A DNA stretch of 22,241 bases from assembly GCA_002269645.1 (NCBI GenBank), contig NIVC01005194.1, forward strand, positions 1-22,241, read 5' to 3'. Source of the stretch: Macrostomum lignano (lineage: Eukaryota). The notes beneath the pieces are model-generated. The model worked only from the letters and a program-made list of their open reading frames with translations, did not search any database and had not been told where the DNA came from. A program made the position numbers and the translations under genes. Below are positions 10,551 through 19,633 of the stretch, in pieces; position 1 is the first letter of the stretch; the number at the start of each line of letters is the position of its first letter.

Positions 10551-11357
10551 CTGAGAAATTCGAGATTCGAGGGGTGTCCGGTAAGTTCTGATACTTAATC
10601 CCCGAGCAAAAACAGTAGCAGCTGCAAGCACAACAACTCTTCGTTCCAATGAATTTAGTCGCGTGTATTTTGGTCATTTCACTCAAAATTTGTGTGACAA
10701 ACAATCTCAATGCCACTAATACATGTAGTCTTATAGTAAAAGTTAAAAAATTAAAAAGCGATGTTTTGTTCTCAAAGAAGCTCTCTTTCGATTGCACACT
10801 CACGATGGTGTCAATAATTACAAAAATCCAAACACTTCAGTAAGTAAAATTTCGTAAGTGTACTCAGCAACATCGAAAAGTCGCCATCACTGAAGATTGA
10901 CCGTCTGTGGTTGCCACTGTTGAGAGTGCAGGTGAAGTCAATCTTTGCGAGTGACGCAACTCAGCTACGCCACGTGGCAGACTTGAGTTGAGGAATGAAG
11001 TGGGGGGAGCGGTGTGCGAGGCTTGGATTTAAAGTGCCGGGATTTTCCGGACGTCTAAAATGTTTAGTGTAGATCGTCTAAAATGTCATTTATCGTTGGT
11101 TACAGGATTCACACTTGTCAGAAACTTACTAGTAAGCGAATCTCGTAAACGTATAGATCGAGGAAGGTAGAGTGGCCGCCAACTACTCGTACAAATGAAA
11201 CTCAATAAGCGGGAACTCCAAAAAAGATCTGTGATATAGATTAATAGATCATTGATAGACCATTTTATTACATGAAACAGACAGAAAGTTTGGCCTAAAT
11301 TATCACAAAATGTGCAAAAACCATCGCAACAAAAGCAAAAAATTAAGTTATATTCAC

Positions 11358-11418
11358 CCTGAGCCGCAGACGCCATCACGACTATCCAAGCTTGAAGCGA
11401 CAGTAGAGTCAGTCTCAT
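11358..11418 (-). CDS. Signal-peptide exon, probably exon 1 of the PAN/Gly-rich gene
   Basis: MRLTLLSLQAWIVVMASAAQ(G) is hydrophobic with an AxA-type cleavage region and ends at donor G|GTGAAT (phase 1). An acceptor-like TTGCATAG lies 24 nt upstream of the ATG. Confidence 0.55.
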
Positions 11419-11667
11419 AATCGGTGTCAGTTTTATCAGTAGCTATGCAATTACAAATTCGACTAATTTTAATGCGAAGCCAGTGAAACTAAAGAATTGA
11501 AAAGCTTGTCTCTCAAATACGGCTACGGAATGCAAACCTGATAGTGTTTCACCTGATAGTAATTCAAAAGAATGAACATCGCGTTTTTTTTCTAAACGAC
11601 AGAGAAAGTCTACGTATTCAGGAAAGAAACTACATCTGCATGTGGTATCTCGTATCAAGTAGCAGCA

Positions 11668-13302
11668 TCAAGTAGCCGTCGCCTTAACTTCCTCTGACAG
11701 ATCGTCATTGTTTTGTAGATTAGTCACCCGAATTTTCGGTCCGAAAGCGACATCGTGCACCAGTTCCAGCAGCTCGCACAGGGTCAGCAGGGACATGCCC
11801 AGATACACGCCCATTATGCCGCCAACGTCCGAGATAAAGTCGGAAAAGTTGTAATCTTTGGAGAATGTCACCCTGTCGCACAATACGCGCTCCGGCTTAA
11901 AGTGCACTTTCAACAGATTGCTGCTAACGTAGGAGGCAAAGTCGCTTGTTGAATAGTTGTTCAAGAGGTAGTCGAGAGCCGGGACGCTCTGATTTTTTGC
12001 TTGAGCCTTCAACTGAGCCAGCTTCACCGAAGTTTGAAGAAACGATTCAGCCGAGCTTTGTGTAGGCCAATCGGCACTGGAGATGCTGACGCTGTAGTCC
12101 ATCAGGCTACATGGACGCTTTGTCTTGCAGAGCTTTTGTGCCTCCACCTCAATCCTATTAATCCGCTGTGCTATCGAAGCATTTGAGCCAACTCTGATCA
12201 GGTCAGCAATTGACACAACTGAAAAGTTATAAGCGAATGCCTTTCCTCTCAACGGCCATGGCAGAGGTGACTGCAAACCAGACGAGTTTATTATCGACTG
12301 GTACTGCCTATGGTACTCATAGTAGTAACAATACGAATAGCTGTACGAATAATTGCTGGGCGTTTGATCGTACAAATTCACAAACTGAACATCCGCAGCT
12401 TCGCTCAGACAGTCGTCAAACTGGCCTTCTTTGTACACGTGCTGCGTCATCCCAATTAAAACGGTGTGATGCTTGGCTGCATCCAGAGAGAATGACTTCA
12501 CAAAGTCGGAGGGAATTTCTCCCGGCTGGGTGAGGAACACTCGAGCACCAGACCGCCTGTCCGTGCTGATCAAACTGAGTTCCGACAAGAGCCAGTCAGA
12601 CAGGGGAATTGGGACACCAAAGATGAACACACCAGAGTCGATTCTGACTGATGGGAAACCCGTGTCAACAAACAGACTGAGGATCAGTCCTGAGTTGGAG
12701 CCACCTCGTGAGATTTTTTTCTGCAACTCACTGCTCAGTTTCCACTTTTGGCAGCGAAGAAAGTTTGGGTCGTAGTAGGCTTGTGGCTGCAGGACTTCAT
12801 ATCCAGGTAAACCAGAATCCTGTTTGTAGATGGCGTAGCTTTCAATGACTGTTTGCTCGGTTCTGTGACCAAGCTTGTCTACCAGGAAAGTATACGGAGC
12901 AGACTGCGGCAGCAGCCCTGAAAGATTCCTGATAAAGCTTCTTGCTGTGAGATCGTCCATTCCCATAGCCATGCAATCTGCATAAAGATGATAGAGTCCT
13001 GATAAAAGCGCTGAGCGGACCGTTGCATTATCAAGCTGGCTGGAGTAACTTGACGATATTGGGTTCTCGAGGCAGACGTAGATATCGGGAAATTGAAACT
13101 CTACCTGGTTAGCCTCCAGGGTCGATGTGACTTGCTGAGACTGCAGTTTGATAATAAAGTCGGAGAATCCTTTTAGAAAGAGGCCCAGCATAGCGAGGTA
13201 AAGCAGTAGCCAACCGACGCGTACATAAATCGGCTTTCCAGAGACGGTTCTGGGAAGTCCGTGAGCCGTTGTCGATTTCAACGCTGCTTTCAGTGGATTC
13301 AT
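11668..13302 (-). CDS. DEG/ENaC (amiloride-sensitive sodium channel superfamily) subunit 1, intact, intronless CDS (about 544 aa from MNPLK)
   Basis: Pre-TM1 TTAHGLPR (HG motif), TM1 VRVGWLLLYLAMLGLFL, FPDIYVC, GLILSLFVD, GARVFLTQPGEIP, and TM2 FISDVGGIMGVYLGMSLLTLCE (deg site Ser, GxS filter GMS). GCCATG at 13302 aligns with the paralog start; the ORF is open from 13365. Confidence 0.93.
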   Translation of the reverse strand: MNPLKAALKSTTAHGLPRTVSGKPIYVRVGWLLLYLAMLGLFLKGFSDFIIKLQSQQVTSTLEANQVEFQFPDIYVCLENPISSSYSSQLDNATVRSALLSGLYHLYADCMAMGMDDLTARSFIRNLSGLLPQSAPYTFLVDKLGHRTEQTVIESYAIYKQDSGLPGYEVLQPQAYYDPNFLRCQKWKLSSELQKKISRGGSNSGLILSLFVDTGFPSVRIDSGVFIFGVPIPLSDWLLSELSLISTDRRSGARVFLTQPGEIPSDFVKSFSLDAAKHHTVLIGMTQHVYKEGQFDDCLSEAADVQFVNLYDQTPSNYSYSYSYCYYYEYHRQYQSIINSSGLQSPLPWPLRGKAFAYNFSVVSIADLIRVGSNASIAQRINRIEVEAQKLCKTKRPCSLMDYSVSISSADWPTQSSAESFLQTSVKLAQLKAQAKNQSVPALDYLLNNYSTSDFASYVSSNLLKVHFKPERVLCDRVTFSKDYNFSDFISDVGGIMGVYLGMSLLTLCELLELVHDVAFGPKIRVTNLQNNDDLSEEVKATAT

Positions 13303-13666
13303 GGCGAGCCTGCAGGTACTGCTGCTCCAAGTAAGTGAAAAAACGTTGGCAAGTTTCTGCCTCATGCAGTTGAGAATGATTGGGTTTTTCTAGTCATCTA
13401 TAGGCTCTACCGCATTGGTTACTTTGCGGACAGACTAACACAAGTAAAGGCAGGTATGTCCATGAAAAATCGATCGTCTAACTAAATAGAGAGCACCTGT
13501 GTACACATCGCTTTCTGCCGCACTTTTCAGCGCCTAAACAGTAATCTTGTAACAATTGCTTTAAAACTTGATAATAAATTCAGCGAAAAACAACTTTGTC
13601 ATACATGCAGTCGGTGGCCAATAATTCAAACAAAACTGATATTCATTCCAGATTTTGAAAGGAAAA

Positions 13667-13672
13667 TTTATT
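13667..13672 (-). terminator. Candidate polyadenylation signal (AATAAA) of DEG/ENaC subunit 2
   Basis: TTTATT on the + strand, about 195 nt downstream of the stop codon at 13866, in an AT-rich 3' UTR. Confidence 0.4.
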
Positions 13673-13865
13673 TCATAACAGTTTAACTTTTCTCATTGTA
13701 TATTAAACTAATACAAAACTAATTTAACAAATGGTTTCGCAGAGAAGTTTCAAAAACTCGAACAAAAGGGCCGCAAACAACCTAGCCGAAGGATGAAAAT
13801 AGAATAAAAATTGTCATTTTAGAAAGTCAACATAAGTAGAAATTATAAAGCTGTTTTAAATATGC

Positions 13866-15451
13866 TCATAAGGATGATTCCGTTGATTTTTTGTCTTCTG
13901 CTAAAGCGTCAACTTTCACTGATTGATCAGCTTTTCTTTTGAGCAGAAAATTCGCTGATATCTCGTAGATCAGTTCGAGAACTTCACACAGCGTCCACAG
14001 CGACATTCCCAGGTAAATTCCCATAATGCCACCAACATCGGATGTGAAATTCGATGCTCCGTAGTCTCTAGAGAACGTGATCTTGTCGCACTGAACTTTA
14101 CTCGGTAGAAAGTGCACTTTAAGCAAGTTTCTGTTCGAGTAACTGACGACCCTGTCGGCGCTGCCGCTAAGCAGAAAGTCCAGCGCCGGCACACTGAGAT
14201 TCTGGGCTTTGGCCCTGCTCCAAGACTGGAAGATGAAGCTTCTGATAAACGGATCGAGCGAGCTGAGCGAAGGCCAGTCAGTGCTGGAGATCCGAACGCT
14301 GTAGTCCTGGTCGCTGCATAGCCGTTTTGATTGACACGCCTTCACGGCATTCACACGAGTCTGGTTGATCGCAGCATCGCAATATTCTCCAAGCGAACCA
14401 TTCATGGCCAATACTGAGAAAAAGTTTGGCAAACCAGTTAGGTTGGTCACATATTTGTAGCCTCTTAATGGCCACGGCATTGGGCTAATCTCTCCGGACA
14501 GTTGCAAGCAAGTCTGACACTGCTTGTGATACTGGTAGTAGAAGCAGTACGAGTAGCTGTAACTGTACTCATAGGGAGTCCGATCGTAAGGGTTCAAGAA
14601 CTGAACTGGGGGCTCATTCTCCAAGCACTCGAACTGGCCAGATTTGTACTGATATTTGGTCATGCCGATCTCCACGGTGTGGTGCTTCCCGGGACTGAGC
14701 GTGAACGACGTCGTGAAGTCGGACGGGTACTGACCCGGAGGTGCGAGGAACACGCGGACACCCGAGCTCCTGTCTGGACCCACCGGGTCGCCAAGAGTCC
14801 AGTCCGAGGTCGGGATCGGGGTGCTCTGATCGAACACCTTCTGTTGAATTCTGTTAGAGGCGCTATAAATATCGGAGAAGTTTTGATCGATAAGAATTCG
14901 AGCAATTATGCCTGACGTCTTTCCCGCCTGCAAAATTTTTGCTTGCATCGAACTGTTGAGGGCCCATTTCAGGCAGCGAAGCCACTTCGGATGATAGAAG
15001 CTTTCAGGTCGAAGGTCCCGATACAAAGCCGGTAAGGCAGGGACTGCGGATACATGAAGCTGAACTCTGCTTCAGTTTGCCGAGCTTCTTCACCTGTTAT
15101 ACCCAGCATTGCGATATAGTTCTGTATGGCTCCGCTTGTCGCATTCAATCCCGCATTGATTTCATCAGCTGTGGCCGCATCGACCCTCGCGGAGTAGCTT
15201 CCAGAGATTGGACTCTCGAAGCACATGTACACGTCCGGGAAGACGAAGCTCTCAACTCCCACTTCCTGTGTGCTGGTTGGCTCGTTCTGCTGCAGTTTAA
15301 CCACAAAATCGCTGAATCCTGTGAGGAAAAGCGCCAGCATTGTGAAAAAGATGAGCAACCAGACGATTCGGATGTAAATTGGCTTGGCTGACACTGTTCT
15401 CGGGAGCGCATGCGCCGAAGTGTTCTCTAAAGCTGACTTTAGTGACTGCAT
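13866..15451 (-). pseudogene. DEG/ENaC subunit 2, intronless tandem paralog, frameshifted at about 15030 by a deletion of about 85 nt
   Basis: The N-half (ORF 14969-15694, MQSLK at 15451) has TSAHALPR, TM1 and FPDVYMC. The C-half (ORF 13866-15026) has GVRVFLAPPGQYP and TM2 FTSDVGGIMGIYLGMSLWTLCE. About 28 codons present in subunit 1 (TFLVDKLG...KQDSG) are missing at the frame change. Confidence 0.88.
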
Positions 15452-16299
15452 TGTTGCCCAGCAGAGTTTTCCGGAAACGATTTCTTCCTTATCAGCAAAT
15501 TCTGGTCGTTTGTTACCGGTGGAGTTTCGCAGACATGCTGAGCCTGCTATATTCATAGCTTGCTTGTTAATAGGGTAGAGGTTCTCAACCGCACCTGTGT
15601 AAACACTAAAAAAGTTAGCCAGTGTATGCATATACTCTCCAAATACGCTCATTAATTTGGCCTTCACAAATTCTTTCTCATATAGATTTTCCATGGCAAC
15701 GCCTATAATGGCCCTCCAATGTCATTCATGGATGATTTTCAGCTTTGTATTCCAATGAAAAATGCTTCCGTTTGTTTTTTGTATAACTCATGTGTCCAGA
15801 GACCTATTGTGACCTGAGAACTTCAGACAATAAGTTTTGGGCAAATATAAATCTTCTCGATGAGGTCAACGGATCGCTAATTACTATGTGCGCATACTTG
15901 AGCCAAAAATTCAGGACAACTGCCGGATGCAACTTTGTAAAATGTAACGGGCTCAAAATTATGATTCTCGCAATTTGTCCTACACGTACGAGCTACATGT
16001 ACAGCGCTGAAGCGCTGAACTACATGTGTACAACTGAATCGTATGTACGATATTTCATTTTATTGATTTGCTTGAGCCACTTCCAATCTCCGTGTGGTGC
16101 TTCGATCCCAGGACCTGAGAGAGGAATCCGAGTCAGCGAAATAGGCTAAATTGGTCTCTGGGTTGTTGGTGCATCGGATCATTAAAAATAATTTAGTGGT
16201 TAAAAAGCATGATGACCTCATCAGTTTTGTCAAATATAATTTGTAATCATTTTCATGTACATGTACATTTGTAATATAAAAAATCAGCTTGCATTTAAA

Positions 16300-16560
16300 A
16301 AATAGGCGCATGCGCATGCTGCAGCTCTTCCCGCACGATAATTCGACGTCGGACTGAACTTCCCGACGTCATATCGACGTTCTCGACTTCTGACCGACTT
16401 CGATGACAAATAAATTCATGATGTGCTTTAACATATATATCGACGGATAACGACGTCATGCACATGTACGTCGGTTGAACATCGGTGCAATTTAAAAATA
16501 CATATCTGCCATTATGTCGATAGACGTCGGGAACGTCGGTCGACGGCGGATTTCTGTACG
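16300..16560. promoter_or_regulatory. CpG-dense segment with an NRF1/EWG-type GCGCATGCGC motif and GACGTC-rich inverted repeat; candidate divergent promoter region
   Basis: GCGCATGCGC at 16306-16315. TTCCCGACGTCATATCGAC (16360-16378) is inverted against GTCGATAGACGTCGGGAA (16516-16533). The segment lies between the 5' ends of the ENaC pair (-) and the KDM7 gene (+). Confidence 0.35.
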
Positions 16561-17304
16561 TGTTTGTCAGCCCTGCTCTGTTGAGAATAGCTACAGTCTT
16601 GATATGATCCCGCGTTTGTCTTGATATTCACGAGCTGCTGTACGACGCTGTCATAATTAAAGTGCTGCGGATATTAACTCATTGACCAAAAAACTTACAT
16701 GATTTTATATAAGGCCCTCAGCATGTAATGATGTATCAGTATCATTACACATATTTTTTTCTCTTTGGCTATACCACAGAACTGGGTCTATACATGTAAA
16801 GTGTTTGATAGAGTAAAATAGTGTTGTAGAACTTATAATATTTTACAAGAAAAGAGAATCATCACGACATAAATTTTAAGTCAATATTGTAAGAGTTAAC
16901 TAATTAAACTACGGATTTTTTAAGGTAATATTTTGGTTAAAAACTAGTTGAAGGTTTAAAACTTTAGTTTCCTAATGTTATTTTGTTTAACCGTAAAAAC
17001 TCATTTTACGCAATTCAAAATATTATTTCTTGCAATTAGGTCCGCGTTATTTTAACTTACAAACATCGATTTCATCATTAAAATTAAAATGTACCGGACC
17101 TCGAACAATTAATAAATACACTCGCTTATATTCGCTAAACAGTTTTTTTGCCTGAGCTAAACTTACTACTACTACTACTACATTTACTGTTACAAAAAAT
17201 GAATAAATTTCTTTATTGATAAATGACATAGGCCTAATCTGATTAGGGTCTAGGCCTACCATTTCAAAAATATTAAGTCAACAAAATGTTGTAGGTCTAT
17301 TAAT

Positions 17305-17834
17305 AGTGAAAGTGCTTATCCCCATGGTCCCGTGCCGATAATCTAATTTTATCTACACGGATCCGTGTTGATAATTTCCAGCTTATCCCTACAGCAGCTT
17401 ATTGAAATAGCTGCTACCATTCAAGTCTATATAAAAGGCCATGTCAATAATTCCAATTTTATCCACACAGATCCGTGTCAATAATTTCCTTAGTAGGCCT
17501 AGCTATAGTAATGATGTAATAGTAATGATAATAATAGTAATAATAATGCCAATATTGATTTAATGTTAATACCCAAAACTAAATACAAACAACTGCACCA
17601 TCTTAGCCGTGGGGATAAACTGAAAATTAATGACAGATCTGTGTGGATAAAATTGGAATTATTGACATGGCCTATAGGATAGACCTGAATGGTGCTGGTG
17701 ACAGCTATTTCAATAAGCTGCTAGGGGGCCTATGGGGATAGGCCTAAGCTGGAGATTATTGACATAGCTCTATATAGATAAAATTAGAATTATTGGCATG
17801 GGACCATGGGTAGGGATGATGGATAATCACTTCC
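17305..17834. mobile_element. Second foldback/MITE with about 200-bp imperfect terminal inverted repeats
   Basis: AGGCCATGTCAATAATTCCAATTTTATCCACACAGATC (about 17436-17473) is the reverse complement of the sequence at about 17637-17674. The arms contain subrepeats of about 110 bp, the right end reads CACTTCC|AT, and the core has a (TAATRR)n microsatellite. Confidence 0.8.
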
Positions 17835-19571
17835 ATTAATATTAGCTTAAGCTTTGTAGCCTTCTTGCCTAAGCCACATATTATTTCTATTACTTTATAT
17901 AAGCCTATACATTTGTGGTGTTTTGGCTTAGGCCTAGCCCAAAGTGACCAAAATTAGGACTTTGCAAATGGTATGCAGATCTTGCGCATATATTGTCAAT
18001 TCAATTGCTTGCATTCAGATTGCATAGCAGATTGCAAGTGACTTATAATTGACTTATAATTTTTGCAGTTGGCTTACAATTGAATTATAATTATTGCATA
18101 ATGTATAATGCAAGCCATTTACAAGTATTGCAATGAATAAATAAGCCTTGAGTCCTGACAAGTGGGTTATAATTGTAACAAGCAACTTGCTACTTGTAAT
18201 TTGTTTATGGCTAGAGTTCCTGCATTGGAACCCATTCTCTAATAGCAATGAATCCAGCATTGCTAGTGCCATATAGGAACATATAAAAAGACTAGGCCTA
18301 CTAGACCTAGTTCTAAGAACATATCTTTAGAAGTCTAAATATTAAAAGCATTTTGTTTCAAATAATATAATATTTTAAATATAAAAAAATTAAAGCAAAA
18401 ATAGAAGTATATTAAACTATTTTTGAAAAAAAACTCATAAATAGAACAGTATATCCTTGTGGTTTTGGCTATTAGTTTTATTAAGTTACTCTTAAGTAGA
18501 TTTTAATTGGTTTGAATTTGATTGGTAGAATGCTACCATTAGGTTCCTGATTTTCTCTAATTCTTACATTTAGATATTAGATAATTAGGTAAAAAAGATA
18601 GGCCACTAATATAGAATTAAAAATGTTAAAGAAAATTTTTTATTATTGATAAAATTTCCTTTGTACAAGAGTTATTTTATAATAAATCCCTTTTCTGAAT
18701 GCTTTGGCAAGACTCCCAGAGTTTGTTAAGAGGCAAGACTCGTCATTAATGCAATATTAAATTATAAGTTATGCCCCTTATTTCTCTTACCTTTTAATAT
18801 CTCTTGAAATTTCTAAGTTCAAAGACTATAAATGTAGGAACAATGCAATGCATTTCCTGAGAGCCCAACTGCTCTTTACTAGTAATGACTCCTACAAAAC
18901 CCCAACTTAACCCAATTCCCAAGATTTCTACAACTGAAACCTACTGTTAATAATATAAAAGCAAATGTGATCAGAATTCAGAGCAGAATTCATTGATTGT
19001 CTTTTTTTCTAATATAACTCCAAGCATAATATGAACTATAGAGCTAGATTAGCTATGTTGGTCAAGTGTTGTGTATATAAAAAAGACTCAAAGCTACAGA
19101 TTACGTTTAATAGTTTCAATAAGTCTTGTTTTTTATCTTCTTTTGCATGTTAGTCTTTCCCTGCATCTTTGTCCTAATTTTATCTTTTTGGAGCATTATT
19201 TTTAATATTTACTTTAGCCAATTTATCTAACCATATTGACCAGGTATTGCAATTATGTATTAAATAATAATAGAAAATTCATACTAGAATTTGCAAAAAG
19301 TAGAAATTAAAATTTCATATCTGTTGAAGGTGAATATGCAAAGTTTTGAGAAAATATTTATTTTAAACAAGTCTTTACCTATTTTAAAGATGCCATTCAA
19401 TGCAAGATGCATCCTTTATAGTATTTATATTATATTACAGTTTCATTTTAGAGTAATTCTTCAGAATATAATATAATCTCATTATTTATCATGTTATATA
19501 CTGAAATTTGCTAATATATTTGATTTGCTATGGTTATAAACTATAATTGCTTACCTTTCTGAGCAAATGTA

Positions 19572-19633
19572 ATGGGACCCAGGGCTGGCACAAAAGAATT
19601 CATTGAAGGCCTTAAAAAGCGCAAGTTTGCCAA
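19572..19633 (+). CDS. KDM7: KDM7/PHF8-family JmjC histone demethylase, first recognisable coding exon
   Basis: MGPRAGTKEFIEGLKKRKFA(K) matches the PHF8/KDM7A pre-JmjC motif PVxTGSxxFxxELxxRxF. Donor AA|GTAAGC is phase 2 and compatible with the next exon. The 5' boundary is uncertain (in-frame TGA at 19560-19562). Confidence 0.7.

Noticed and set aside
10860-11055. Possible extra degenerate PAN-like exon of the secreted-protein gene
   Set aside because: GC-rich with scattered cysteines, but the candidate acceptors give immediate stops in phase 1 and there is no clear donor.
15005-15050. Programmed -1 ribosomal frameshift or intron repairing ENaC2
   Set aside because: No slippery heptamer is present, and sequence is missing relative to the paralog rather than inserted, so recoding or splicing would not restore it.
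11755-15578. Plus-strand ORFs antisense to the ENaC genes (for example 12210-12533, 14502-14915)
   Set aside because: Shadow ORFs of GC-rich coding sequence with no recognisable motifs.
15452-15694. 81-aa N-terminal extension of ENaC2
   Set aside because: No counterpart in subunit 1, and a branch-point/acceptor signal at about 15595 suggests the upstream part is intron or outron; a shorter extension from MNIAG cannot be excluded.
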